A stretch of DNA of 64,000 nucleotides, from assembly GCA_044222185.1 (NCBI GenBank), contig JBGANV010000002.1:640001-704000 (forward strand), written 5' to 3'. The notes under the pieces are model-generated. The model was not told the origin of the DNA. It searched no databases and was given only the letters and a program-made list of their open reading frames with translations. Position 1 is the first letter of the stretch, and each line of letters opens with the position of its first letter. Below are positions 18,701-28,326 of this stretch, piece after piece. The translations under genes were made by a program, and so were the position numbers. This DNA comes from Planctomycetota bacterium. GTDB lineage: Bacteria; Planctomycetota; GCA-002687715; CAIWVZ01.

Positions 18701-21700
18701 GAGCATCCGAGCCACCTGCGGGTCGACGACGGCGGTCTCGGATGCGGCCCCCAAACCGGACATGCCCGAGATGGCCCTCCTCGGCGGGCAGACTCTGGCC
18801 GACGCGATCCGATGCAAGCTGGACGATCACGGTCGAACCGTGCGCGGCGCGACGATCGACGTCACGACCGACCCCGGAACGACGACCCGGGTGACGGTCG
18901 ACGCCAACGGCGACTTCACGCTCCCGCCGACGGAGGCCGAGAAGTTCAAGGTCCATGCGGTCGCTCGGGACCTCGCTGGGAACGAAGCCACGCTGGATTT
19001 CCGCGTCGTGCGCAAGGGCACGCAGGTCTCCGGTCTGCGCCTCGGCACCGACGCGTTCGACATGGGCGCGCGCGTCTACGTGAAGGCCGACGGCATGCCG
19101 CTGTCGGTCACCGTGCTCGAGGTCTCTCCCGGCGATCGCGTGTTCGCCACGCTCCTGGATTCCACCGGCACCAAGCCCATCGGCGCCCCCGTGCCTTTGG
19201 AGCGCAGCGTGAAGGACGCGAAGGTGTGGGAGATCGGCCGTCTACCGCTCGGCCTCGAAGGCGCGACCGCCGCCGTTCGGAAGCTGCGCGTTTCGGTGGG
19301 CAAGGCCGCTGCGTCCGCCCAACCCAGCCCGAAGGATGCGACGATCCATTACGACAACGAGCCGCCGCGCATCGACATCTCCACGGGGACCGATGGGCAG
19401 GACGTCATCAAGTCGGGCACGACGCGAAACATCAGCCGATGGAAACCGATCACGATCCGCGTGACCGACAACGTCGGACTCAACGAGTTCAATCCGTCGA
19501 CCGCCGTGACGATCACCGGCGGCGACCCCTCGGCCGTTCCGACGATCATGCCGGCGCCTCAGCCAGCGTCACAGCCGGTGGATGGCCCGAAGGACGTCAC
19601 GATCGTGTTGGGTCCGCCCGAGAAGGCCGTCGACGGACGCTACGTCCTCGCCGTCGTCGCGCGTGACAACGCCGGCGCGGAGACCAGGGCCTCCATCACG
19701 CTCGACGTCGTCACCGTCGCCGTCGAGTTGCTGGAGGTGAACAATGACGCCGAGGCTGCCAAGTCGACGAGCGTCGACGCCCCCAAGGCCGTCAACTCGG
19801 ACGCCATCTCGCTGAAGGTGAAGGTGGCACCCAATCAATCCGTCCAGCGGCAGCTGGCGATCCGCGTGTTCCCGGAGGATTCCGAGAAGGGCATCGACCT
19901 CGCTCCTGCGACGCTTCCCCCGGACGGGTCGCCGGCGTTCGCGTACACGTTCAAGCTGCCGCGATCGCGGCCGGCGCCCGCCGAGCGCGGCCGCATCACC
20001 TTGAGCGTGAAGATGACGGGCACGAGCGGCTCCGAGAGCCTCGATCTTCCGCCGGTCTACTACATCATCGATTCGCTCCCGCCCGAGTACGAGGTCTGGC
20101 GTGACGGTGAGAAGCAGGACGTCTCGAAGCGCGACGACTGGATCAAGGTCGCCAAGATGAGCAGCCTGCGCCTGATCGTGACCGATGGTCAGGGGAGCGG
20201 GATCCCCGACGGTGCGTTCACTCGCGCCGAGATGAAGACTCCTGCCGAGTTCCGCGTCGAGCGCCGCGATCCGGCCACGATCGCCATCTCTTTCTCGGAC
20301 GCAGGCGAGCTCAAGGATCTCCAGGAGCTGAACTTCGAGGCTCGTGATCGCGCTGGGAACGTCACCCCGATCCGACTGCGCGTCGGGAAGGCGAAGGACG
20401 CGCCGTCGGCCGACATCGCTGCCGACGCGGGCCAGCGGCACCAATTACCGGACAACACCTACGTCCTTCGCGGAACGAAGGTGAAGCTCGTGTTCACGAA
20501 CGAGACCGTCGTCGTGCGGCGCGCCCGCTTCGAGGTGACGAAGGGCGGCAAGTCGGTGATGAGCGACGTCGTCGAACTGAACGAGAAGGTCACCTCGAAG
20601 ACGATCGATCTGGGCGAGAACGCCAACGGCGACCTCGAAGTGCGCTACTGGGCCTTGCGCGCGACGGGGGACGACCCGGAGCCGTTCCAGCGCCACCATC
20701 TCCGGTTCGACCAGACGCCGCCGACGCTCTCCGTCACCTCGGGCGGAGCTGCGGTCACGAGCGGGGCCAGCCTCACGGTCGCGTCCGCGGGCGACGTCCA
20801 GATCGAGACGAGCGACGACGTCACGAAGGGAGCGATCAAACCGGTCGTCTCCGTGGTCCCGAGCGACAGCGCCGCCGGCGCCGACGAGACGACGGCTGGC
20901 GCGTTCAGGCTGCGGATCCCGAGCCTTCGTCCGGGCGGCCGGGTCGACGTCACCGTCCGAGCTGAGGATGCCGTGGGGAACGCGACGAGCCTGACTTTCG
21001 GGCTCCAGATCCCGGCACCCACCGAGCGACCGACGCCCGTCGTGCCCACGCCGGCACCCGTCGTGCGAAGTCTCGACAACGAAACCGTGCGCCAGGAAGA
21101 CCAAGCCCGGACCGGCATTACGTTCGTTCCGGTCTACGATCGTGTAACGCCGGGCCGCGGCGGCACACCGGTCTTCTATATGTCCCAGACAGAGGTCACT
21201 AACGAGCAGTTCCTGCGGTTCGCAGCAGCTTATCGCGCCAAGACGATCCCCTCCGAACTCGTCAAGGGCGCGACGCGGGCGGGGCAGTCGGCTGTCGAGG
21301 AACTCGCCGCGTCGCTGTCTGGGCTGCGGCCGGAGGATTTGAAGCTGCCCGTGGTGAAACTCAACGGGCAGATGGCGCAGTCGGTCGCTGCCTGGGCAGG
21401 TGGTCGCATCCCGACGGCCATCGAGTGGCGGGGGGCTGCGGGTCGGTACCTCAAGGCCGACGCGGACTGGCCCGTGTACATCGAGGACGACGGATCGGTG
21501 AAGTCGGATACGTCATTCTTCTTGCGCGAGAACTTCGCGGTGTTCAGGCCGACACGCGGCGAGCCCAGCCTTTCGACGGTCGATCAGCTGCTTGCAGGTC
21601 AGAGACACTGCCCCTTCGGGATCGTTGGCCTTCCCGGCAACGCTTCCGAGTGGGTTGCGGACGAGAACGGTCTTGCCGTCGGCGTCCTCGGCGGGAGCTA

Positions 21701-21815
21701 CAACTACGCGCCATCGTCGAACATCCACGCGCGTCTCGACAAGCCGCACTACTCCCCGACGAATTCCAATCGCGATGCCGGCGTCCGCATCGTCTGGCCC
21801 AAGAAGGACAGGTGA
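15777..21815 (+). CDS. membrane receptor kinase: two tandem Ser/Thr kinase domains, TM helix, Ig-like repeats, C-terminal FGE-sulfatase (SUMF1) domain (about 2012 aa)
   Basis: Kinase 1 IGVGGMATV/VAIK/HRDLAPDN/DFG/SPEQ; kinase 2 IGRGGMGAV/VAIK/HRDLKPAN/DFG/SPEQ; TM LVLASLAAVLAAAGILFWTFFI; repeated DxxPP...A.D.AGN; TEVTNEQF, IPTAIEW, GNASEW, GVRIV. Confidence 0.9.
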   Translation: MSDFPPGFILGGRYRIEERIGVGGMATVFRAFDQTGGGLVAIKVLSKDFLTRNPKEAERNLRRFRREADILKLLVGDAHVVQFVDQGTTEDGEHYIAMELLVGEQLRFHIGRGRNAMGLRTFVYHARLITEGLAAIHAKKLLHRDLAPDNIFIVKTKEGLPWPKFLDFGIGKSLTDNLDQVTQMLTIMGKPQYFSPEQARGQELTAPADVYALGVVLYEMVTGYVPLEIHGIADLRKIQKEPPIPISNYREGLRLPEDLRNVIMRCLAKKPEERPALAEVLATLDRFQVRLEAGEEFPLPASATSGTPTSTEAIAPSTQSEGSAVSSAASSAAFTKEFSAGDNIGRFQVKQKIGRGGMGAVYLAWDPILHREVAIKVASRVEEEKARRAVLREARASSHLSSENVVTIYEAGTEGGAPYIAMEYVRGPTLADVIEKEGFLGGDRFWTFAQGICEGLIYAHENPKPIIHRDLKPANILCANETAKITDFGIATVAAGKSGPAVSDQTGSVGGAEGSALTISPEQANNKPVDHRSDIYSLGCVFYMMATGRAPFQGNQIAILYQHSTKTPDPPQKVNPKLAPVALGPIILKCLEKDPAQRYQSVREIKADLEALFVPRSTVERPWHRSPLVLASLAAVLAAAGILFWTFFIRKPPEVVTRFDVVRIGGEPFRPDAGPTFSYVVTTDSVPLRISATTDVQLIATVTSKTDKTIGPPQTISVMAGDPQPLNLVLGKGSGETDDYDVTIERSDKQGEPITFHVLRDVSRPTIAVQTYGAPFVPNGPVRVIRSLRHLNVVVTDPAGFDEAGAEKTVKLAATASRLGRIESELLPPETDSNLRKLRVKASDRANNASEMLADVQFITPAIEFKKPSTTTPTRNRKVPVEIVARVAAKDGVVPGISAADIDLGERGTFAITVRSGSEVVEKKIELKRAQVGYAGEFELPEKLGTDFDFSIEVSVDDEVLAESGTRFTFDRTPPSIRATCGSTTAVSDAAPKPDMPEMALLGGQTLADAIRCKLDDHGRTVRGATIDVTTDPGTTTRVTVDANGDFTLPPTEAEKFKVHAVARDLAGNEATLDFRVVRKGTQVSGLRLGTDAFDMGARVYVKADGMPLSVTVLEVSPGDRVFATLLDSTGTKPIGAPVPLERSVKDAKVWEIGRLPLGLEGATAAVRKLRVSVGKAAASAQPSPKDATIHYDNEPPRIDISTGTDGQDVIKSGTTRNISRWKPITIRVTDNVGLNEFNPSTAVTITGGDPSAVPTIMPAPQPASQPVDGPKDVTIVLGPPEKAVDGRYVLAVVARDNAGAETRASITLDVVTVAVELLEVNNDAEAAKSTSVDAPKAVNSDAISLKVKVAPNQSVQRQLAIRVFPEDSEKGIDLAPATLPPDGSPAFAYTFKLPRSRPAPAERGRITLSVKMTGTSGSESLDLPPVYYIIDSLPPEYEVWRDGEKQDVSKRDDWIKVAKMSSLRLIVTDGQGSGIPDGAFTRAEMKTPAEFRVERRDPATIAISFSDAGELKDLQELNFEARDRAGNVTPIRLRVGKAKDAPSADIAADAGQRHQLPDNTYVLRGTKVKLVFTNETVVVRRARFEVTKGGKSVMSDVVELNEKVTSKTIDLGENANGDLEVRYWALRATGDDPEPFQRHHLRFDQTPPTLSVTSGGAAVTSGASLTVASAGDVQIETSDDVTKGAIKPVVSVVPSDSAAGADETTAGAFRLRIPSLRPGGRVDVTVRAEDAVGNATSLTFGLQIPAPTERPTPVVPTPAPVVRSLDNETVRQEDQARTGITFVPVYDRVTPGRGGTPVFYMSQTEVTNEQFLRFAAAYRAKTIPSELVKGATRAGQSAVEELAASLSGLRPEDLKLPVVKLNGQMAQSVAAWAGGRIPTAIEWRGAAGRYLKADADWPVYIEDDGSVKSDTSFFLRENFAVFRPTRGEPSLSTVDQLLAGQRHCPFGIVGLPGNASEWVADENGLAVGVLGGSYNYAPSSNIHARLDKPHYSPTNSNRDAGVRIVWPKKDR

Positions 21816-21823
21816 GGCCGGGC

Positions 21824-24769
21824 ATGGGGGTCGAACGACGCGTGAAGTTGCGACGGCGCTGGCTGAGGGTGGGGGCGGCTTCCGCTCTCGGTCTCGCCAT
21901 CCTGGTCGTCGGCGCCACGCTCGTCGAGCCGATCCGAATCGAGAGGCGCCTGCGCAACATCTGCCGCTCGCTCGAGACCAAGGACCCGCGGATCCTGATC
22001 GTCGAACTGCGCGACCGCGGGTTCTCGGCCATGACGCCCCGCCAAGCCGCGTGTAGGCGCAAGGCGTTCGAGCGCGCCGCCGCGCGCATCATCGCGGGCC
22101 ACCCGGGAGTGAAGAAGGCCGCGGACCAGCTCGTCGATCCCAGCGATCCGGACCGGGAGTACCTGACGGCCGACCAGACGCTCGTGGTGGAACTCGCCGT
22201 TCCGGTCGAGCTCCGCACGAAGGGCGCGAGCCTCCTCGTCGACGTCAACGGCGCGACGCAGAGCTCGATCCCGCTCGACAACGACGAATCGGAGCAACTC
22301 CTCCAACCTGTGCGCGTCGAGCCGGAAGGCCGGCGGACGGAGGTGGACTTCATCCTCGCTGTGACGTTCCACGACGGAACGGAGGCGCGCGTCCCATTGG
22401 TCCGTGGGCTGCGGCTGGGTCGGACGTCGCTGAAACCCGGCCTGTTCGTGAAGGCCGGTGAGAAGCTCATCGCTCTCGACGAGACATCCGAGCCGTCCCT
22501 CCGCGTCGACGTGAATGCCCCGTTGGAACTCGTCGTGCGGTGCGAGCACGGCATCTCTCACGCGGTGGCGCAATGCCCCGAGGTGAGCACCATCAGCCGT
22601 CCGTTCGACGGGTGTCCGAAAGAGGGGATGGTCAACCTCGACGAACTCACCCGGCATCCCCAGTCGATGAGCGTCGAGGTGCGTGCGCGGTCCATCCCTG
22701 GCGTTTCGCGCTCCGCGCGATTCGAACTGCGGGTTCGTGACCCCGCCGTCCCGGCCGTCGCCGGCGTTCGGGTCGCGGGTCAGACGCTCGACGAGGGCGG
22801 CATCGTCAGCACGCGCGAGTCGGCCATCGACGTCGAATTCACGATCCCATCGTTCGAATCGCCGACCGGTTACGCCGCCGAGCTTGCGGGGAAACCGTTG
22901 ACGCTTTCCGGCGGCGCGACGCTCCGTGCGCGCGCCGACCAACTGGACGAAGGCCTGCACGCGTTCGTCATCACCGCACCCGACGGCGTGGCCATGCGTG
23001 CGCAGGTTGCCGTCGATCACACGCCGCCGAAGGTCGTCGCGCGCGTCGATCCCTCCGGCCTCGATCGCCCGATCGAGCCGGGCGCGAATGCGACGCTGCT
23101 CGTGGTGCCCGCTTGCCTGGCGATCAGCGTTTCGGACGCGGGCGCCGTCGCCGCCGGCGATGTGTCGATCCGCGTGGAAGGCCGTGAGCCGCACGTCATC
23201 GACGATCCCGCCGCTCGCGGCGACCCGCACGAGACGACGCGCATCTTCCGATTCCAGGAGCCGGGGTCGACCGTCATCCGCGTGACGGCGCAGGACCGCG
23301 CCGGGAACCGCGCGGACGAGGTCGTGTATCGGCTTAAGACGGTGGATGCCGCGGAAGCGACGGTGGTGACGATCGGCGAGCGACCGTTCCCAGGGACGGC
23401 GACGACGGTCGTTCGGGCCGAGAACCTGCGGGCCGAGGTTCGCACGCTCCTGAGGCTCGACGACGTTCGCATCCTGCTGAGCGCCGCCGGCTCGCAGGCA
23501 TCGCCCGTGGTCGACACGCCGCTGGTTGCGAAGTCCGCCGATCGCCTGGCGGCCGACATCCAGGTCCCCGCACTCGGCGACCGGGGATGCGGGCTCTTCG
23601 ACGTCATCGTCGCTGCCGGCGCGCGCAACATCCTGGCCAGGGGACGGATTTTGATCGACGCGCAGCCGCCCCGCTGTGGCTTCGGGCCGAGCGAGCACGA
23701 CATCCACTGCGTGGGCGGGAGCCACGAGGTTCGGCTGACGGGGCAGGGCCCGCTTGCCGTATCCGTCGTCGACAACGTGGAGGTGGATCAGGCGAGCGTG
23801 TCCGTCGACGGCGCGACCGTGGCGCACGTCCTCGCGAACGACGGCCGAAACGTCTCCGTGATCCTCGGACTGACGCCGGGGACGGCGGGCGCAGTGACGG
23901 TCAGGATCCGTGACACGGCGGGGAATCCGGCCGCATTCGAGTTCCACGTCGTCGGATCGGCGCCCGTGGGCGTGCCGGCGGCCACGAGCCAGCCCACACC
24001 GCCGCTTCGCAACGTGCCTGCCGGAGGGAGCAGTCCGCCCCGCTCGCCCACACGTCAGGTCACGGGGCCGCAGCTCCTCGAAGTCCCGCGGCTCGGCGTT
24101 CACCGACTGGTCCGTCCCAAGCATGGAGTCTCGAAGTTCGACGGGTTCTACCTCGGCGAGCGCGAGGTCGGGGTTCGCGCGCTGCGCGAGTTCGTCCTCG
24201 ACCTTCGCCAGGGCGCGGACACGGTCGCCAAAGGGGGATTCACTCCCGCGGTCACCGCTCTCGCCGAGCGCGCGCTCCAGGCGAATCTCGACGCCGGTCG
24301 CAGCGGCGACATGGCCGCGGGCTGGATGTCCAGCGATCTCGCGCTGGCCTATGCATCGTGGGCCAACGTGGTTGCGCCCACGGAGGGTTACTGGCAGATC
24401 CCCTCGGTCGAGCAGTGGAAGCTGGCTGCCGGGCGCGCGCTCCATCAGGACTCGGTGTACCCGACCACCGCGCACGCCGAGGGCGGTTTGGACCTCTCGG
24501 AGGGCGAACCCGGTGGCGCGCTCTTTGGACGCCAGCCCGAGGCGATTGCGAAAGTTCGTATTAATTTCCAGCCCGGCAGCTTCGGGATCTTCGCCATGGC
24601 CGGCGGAGTCCACGAGTGGTGCGCTGAGCCGTCGGGGCGCCTTCGACTGATCGGTGGCTCGGTTTCGTCCGACAAGGCCGCTTGTCGCATCGATGCCGAT
24701 CCGCCCGCATACGAGTCCGTGCGCCCGGAGGTGGTCGGCCTGCGACTCGCGTTGGTGCCGGTCCGGTAG
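21824..24769 (+). CDS. membrane-anchored Ig-like repeat protein with C-terminal FGE-sulfatase-like domain (about 981 aa)
   Basis: N-terminal hydrophobic anchor; DHTPP/AQDRAGN/IRDTAGN repeats; IPSVEQW, MAGGVHEW, GGS, GLRLA; 8 nt after kinase stop. Confidence 0.8.
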   Translation: MGVERRVKLRRRWLRVGAASALGLAILVVGATLVEPIRIERRLRNICRSLETKDPRILIVELRDRGFSAMTPRQAACRRKAFERAAARIIAGHPGVKKAADQLVDPSDPDREYLTADQTLVVELAVPVELRTKGASLLVDVNGATQSSIPLDNDESEQLLQPVRVEPEGRRTEVDFILAVTFHDGTEARVPLVRGLRLGRTSLKPGLFVKAGEKLIALDETSEPSLRVDVNAPLELVVRCEHGISHAVAQCPEVSTISRPFDGCPKEGMVNLDELTRHPQSMSVEVRARSIPGVSRSARFELRVRDPAVPAVAGVRVAGQTLDEGGIVSTRESAIDVEFTIPSFESPTGYAAELAGKPLTLSGGATLRARADQLDEGLHAFVITAPDGVAMRAQVAVDHTPPKVVARVDPSGLDRPIEPGANATLLVVPACLAISVSDAGAVAAGDVSIRVEGREPHVIDDPAARGDPHETTRIFRFQEPGSTVIRVTAQDRAGNRADEVVYRLKTVDAAEATVVTIGERPFPGTATTVVRAENLRAEVRTLLRLDDVRILLSAAGSQASPVVDTPLVAKSADRLAADIQVPALGDRGCGLFDVIVAAGARNILARGRILIDAQPPRCGFGPSEHDIHCVGGSHEVRLTGQGPLAVSVVDNVEVDQASVSVDGATVAHVLANDGRNVSVILGLTPGTAGAVTVRIRDTAGNPAAFEFHVVGSAPVGVPAATSQPTPPLRNVPAGGSSPPRSPTRQVTGPQLLEVPRLGVHRLVRPKHGVSKFDGFYLGEREVGVRALREFVLDLRQGADTVAKGGFTPAVTALAERALQANLDAGRSGDMAAGWMSSDLALAYASWANVVAPTEGYWQIPSVEQWKLAAGRALHQDSVYPTTAHAEGGLDLSEGEPGGALFGRQPEAIAKVRINFQPGSFGIFAMAGGVHEWCAEPSGRLRLIGGSVSSDKAACRIDADPPAYESVRPEVVGLRLALVPVR

Positions 24770-24780
24770 GCGGTCGCGTG

Positions 24781-26004
24781 ATGATCAACCAGCTCCAGTT
24801 TGCGCTCCAGCACCTCACAGGGCCTCGGCGCGGACGCGAAGACGTGTTCGGGCTCGACCGGGTCGCCATCGGTCGGGGCCGCAACAATCAGCTCGCGTTC
24901 GACCCGGTCCTGGATCGGACTGTCAGCGCGCGTCATGCGGAGATCCGCATCGAAGAGGGAGCGGTCGTTCTCTACGACCTCGGCAGCCTGAACGGGACGT
25001 ACGTCAACGGGTCGAAGGTGCGGCGCGTGGTCCTCTCGGACGGCGACGAGATCGGGCTTGGGCGCGAGGGTCCGCGAATGCGAGTCCTCATGCGCTCGGG
25101 CAAGACGCCCAGCCCGATCCAGCCAGGCGACATCCCACCGAGCGTGGCGATCTCGTTCGATCCCGTGATGCCCGACTCCGCGCCTGCGCGCCGTCGCAAC
25201 TGGCTTCTCGTGGCGTGCGGAGTGGTCGCGCTCGCCGCTCTCGGCCTCGCGCTCTTCGTGCTGCTGCGACAGGAGCGGAGACTCGGTGAACTGGCGCCCG
25301 GTGGCACGCCTCCCACGCGCGACCCCGGCGTCGCGGCCGCAGTGCAGCCGACCGCTCCTTCGATGACGGCCGAGCCCACGGGCGCGCTGCTCTTGCGCGG
25401 AGTCCAACTGGACGCGAGCGGTCGCGCCATCGGCGGAGCCGACGTCGGCTATGCCGTGCTCGTGGCTCCAGAGGTCGCCGCCACGACGGGGACCGTGATC
25501 GAAACGGCGCAGGCCTACCTCGCGGCGCACCCTGGTTGCCGCATCGTCGCGTGGGCCGACGGAATCAACGCCCGCGAACGCCAGGTCACCGGGTTTTGGA
25601 GCGGGCCCGTGGTTGGATCGGGGTACGACGGCGCCATCTCCCTTCTTGCTCTCACGACCGGCTCGACCGCGTGGTCCACGCCACAGAGCACGGACGCGCT
25701 CACGAGCGAGAATCTCAAGTCGCTGGCCGTTCGCCGTCCGGGGATCGGTGAGCAGGCGATCTGGCTCGAGCAGCCGCTGCGTTTCTCCGGCGCGCGCCCC
25801 GACGGCGTCGATTCCGCCGACCTCCTGAGCCTGCGCGGCCTGCCCGCAACCTCCCCGGGCGCGCCCATCGTCGACACGACGACGAATCGCCTCGTGGGTC
25901 TTTCCCTCGGTCCCAACCATCCCGGGATCGCCATCGTCGCTCGCCACCTCAAATCCGCCCTCGACCTGATCCAAGGCACGCCCGCGGCGCCGCTGGAACA
26001 CTGA
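24781..26004 (+). CDS. FHA domain protein with TM helix and degenerate trypsin-like domain
   Basis: IGR, VSARHA, DLGSLNGTYVNG, LSDGDEIGLG (FHA); TM; GYAVLVAPEVAATTGTVI and SPGAPIVD...LVGL resemble Trypsin_2 without catalytic His. Confidence 0.82.
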   Translation: MINQLQFALQHLTGPRRGREDVFGLDRVAIGRGRNNQLAFDPVLDRTVSARHAEIRIEEGAVVLYDLGSLNGTYVNGSKVRRVVLSDGDEIGLGREGPRMRVLMRSGKTPSPIQPGDIPPSVAISFDPVMPDSAPARRRNWLLVACGVVALAALGLALFVLLRQERRLGELAPGGTPPTRDPGVAAAVQPTAPSMTAEPTGALLLRGVQLDASGRAIGGADVGYAVLVAPEVAATTGTVIETAQAYLAAHPGCRIVAWADGINARERQVTGFWSGPVVGSGYDGAISLLALTTGSTAWSTPQSTDALTSENLKSLAVRRPGIGEQAIWLEQPLRFSGARPDGVDSADLLSLRGLPATSPGAPIVDTTTNRLVGLSLGPNHPGIAIVARHLKSALDLIQGTPAAPLEH

Positions 26005-26515
26005 GCGAGGGACGGGGGGGACGTACGGCGTTGCGCCTCGCGCTTTCGGAAGCGGATCGCGAATCCTCCCAACATTCCGGAACCATGCGCGCGCCCGCGT
26101 GTGACGTTGATTGGATCCAGGCGATGTTCCGCTCGGCAAGCTGAACGCTGCGGAACGTGGGGCGCGTCGGGCTGCGCTCTATGCGGTCCGCGCTACCGCC
26201 GGCAAGGCCCGCGTTGTCGCTCCGGCCAGTCTTCTGCTTCGCACGTGGCACATTTCGCGAAGGCGCGCCTCTCTCGTCTCACGGATACGGCGGCAATCGC
26301 CTTTCGACTGGCGTCGACCGCTTTCGGGGTGCCGTGTTCCTGGGCGGCTGGTGCGGCACTCTCGTGTTTGCGTTCACACTTGAGGCGCTGAGTCGGGCGG
26401 ATCGGAAGGGCGGTCGGCGGCGGGCCGCGCTCGTCGCATCGACTCGGACCTGACTTCGCCACGCCCTCGCATCTGCATTGTTCGCGCATGCAGAGCGAGG
26501 GCGAGCAGGAGCACG

Positions 26516-28174
26516 TTAGAGCGTCGTCGTCTGGATCGTCGAGACGGCGGATAGGTAACCCGTTGTCGAGGAAAAGATGGTCGACACCATCCAGACGGGC
26601 ACCGGCACACCGAACGGAGTGTACTCAAGCGAGGCGGTTGCGGTGCCGTCGGGGCCGAGCACCCCATTGAACAACGGGTGGCCAAACCCGAGCTGGTCGA
26701 TCAGCAGCCCTAACGGCAGAGTCAGGCCAAACCATGTCCCCGGCGCCGGCGTCGTCGCCGGATTGACGGTTGTAAACACGTTGGCGTATCGCTGGTTCGC
26801 CCCACCGCAGGTGGCGAGACCGACGTTCAGGTAGTGGTGCCCGGGGGTGATCGACGTGCCGAGAGTTGCGACGACCCCACCGACGAAAGCCGTCCCTCCA
26901 TAGACATACGCAGTATTCGAGGCCGGGTTCCCGATGAGGATCTCGCTCCGCGCGTCGCCCGTCAGGTCACCGATGAGCGACGCAGGGCCTCCGACCGGAA
27001 TGACTTGGAGGAGGCAGTGTGTGTTGCCCTTGTAGATGCGCGTGGCGCCATTTCCACCAACGGTGTACTCGGAGATCCCATCGAGGTCGAGGTCACGACC
27101 ACCAGCGACGCGGTCGCCGAGGTTGATGTAGGACGGCCCGCTCGGCATACCGGCCGTTGAGACGTAGCCGACAGTGCTGCCGTAGTACATTTGGACATAG
27201 CCGCTTGTGGGCGTCGGTGCGCCCGACACGAGAAAATCGTCCATGCCGTCCAGATTCTGATCACCTGCCGGGGCGATGTCGACACCAAAATGATCCCCAG
27301 CGAACGTGTTCGAGCCGACGCCGGTCATGACCGTGAACAGTTGCGGCGTACGAGCCGGGGTGATCGTGTAGATCTCGACGAATCCCTGCGCCGCGGGCGA
27401 ACGATCCCAACCCGGTGCCCCGATGGCGATCGCCGCCCGACCGGTCCCAGTGACGTTCCCCACTCGGCCCACCGAGGACCCGAACGCCGCTCCGTTCAGC
27501 ACCTGAGGAGGGAACGCCGGTGGAGGAGGTGCGGGCGTGAACTGGATCAGCGATGCCGCGAACTGCGTCGTGGACAGTGCCGGATTTCCGAAGTAGAGAA
27601 ACGCGTAACCCGGCGTGTTCGGTCCGCCGTCGGCACCGACTACGAAGTCCTCCATTCCGTCACCATCGGCGTCGCCGACGCACGCAACCGAGATGCCGTA
27701 ACCAGTCAGGTTTGGGACCGGGCATGTGAGGGTCACGATCGGGTTCAACGCCTGGGTCGGCGACGAGAGGTTGGCGATTGCGGCGCCGCTGTAGATTTTG
27801 ATCTGCCCTCCGCCTGCCATCGGCTCGGCGACAAGCACATCGGCAAATGCGTCCGGGTCAAAGCGGCCGATCGCGACACATCGCGCATACGCCCATTTCG
27901 GCGAAGGTATGGCCATCGGGGCGAGAGCGGTTTGAAACACGAGCGCGCCAGTCGCGCCGTTGAACACCTGCAACACGCTCTGGGTGGGCGAGACGGCACT
28001 GGTGACGGCGTACTCCGCAACCGAATCAAGCGTCAAGTCGGCGCCTCCCGCGACGCTGCGACCGAAGTCGGCGGACCCCGGAGGTCCCACATGTGCCCGA
28101 AGGGGTGCCTGTCCCATCCCGAGACCCGTGATTGCGAGGACCGCACCGATCACTCTGATCATCTTGCTGTTCAT
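26516..28174 (-). CDS. secreted FG-GAP (integrin beta-propeller) repeat protein with conserved C-terminal domain
   Basis: GGAG RBS; signal peptide; FGRSVAG, GDADGDGMEDFVVGA, GDQNLDGMDDFLVS, DLDLDGISEY, GDLTGDARSEILIG. Confidence 0.85.
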   Translation of the reverse strand: MNSKMIRVIGAVLAITGLGMGQAPLRAHVGPPGSADFGRSVAGGADLTLDSVAEYAVTSAVSPTQSVLQVFNGATGALVFQTALAPMAIPSPKWAYARCVAIGRFDPDAFADVLVAEPMAGGGQIKIYSGAAIANLSSPTQALNPIVTLTCPVPNLTGYGISVACVGDADGDGMEDFVVGADGGPNTPGYAFLYFGNPALSTTQFAASLIQFTPAPPPPAFPPQVLNGAAFGSSVGRVGNVTGTGRAAIAIGAPGWDRSPAAQGFVEIYTITPARTPQLFTVMTGVGSNTFAGDHFGVDIAPAGDQNLDGMDDFLVSGAPTPTSGYVQMYYGSTVGYVSTAGMPSGPSYINLGDRVAGGRDLDLDGISEYTVGGNGATRIYKGNTHCLLQVIPVGGPASLIGDLTGDARSEILIGNPASNTAYVYGGTAFVGGVVATLGTSITPGHHYLNVGLATCGGANQRYANVFTTVNPATTPAPGTWFGLTLPLGLLIDQLGFGHPLFNGVLGPDGTATASLEYTPFGVPVPVWMVSTIFSSTTGYLSAVSTIQTTTL

Positions 28175-28326
28175 GACTTGCTCCGCCCGTTGGGCGCTGG
28201 TTTCCCGATCGTACTGTCGTCGGCAGCTCGCCATTCGACCTGCCGCATCCCCTCCATGCAGCGAGGTCAAGAACCGTTACCGAACGTGACAGAATCCACG
28301 CTGGAGGGCGCTCCTCGACGCCAACA

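Noticed and set aside
16293-24613. Very long antisense ORFs (16293-18956, 21749-24613) and many similar ones across the window
   Set aside because: Mirror frames of GC3-biased genes with few stops; no domain motifs
26240-26262. Sigma54 promoter at TGGCAC
   Set aside because: No TTGC/GC at the required -12 spacing; the same applies to the TTGGC motifs at about 4300 and 5823
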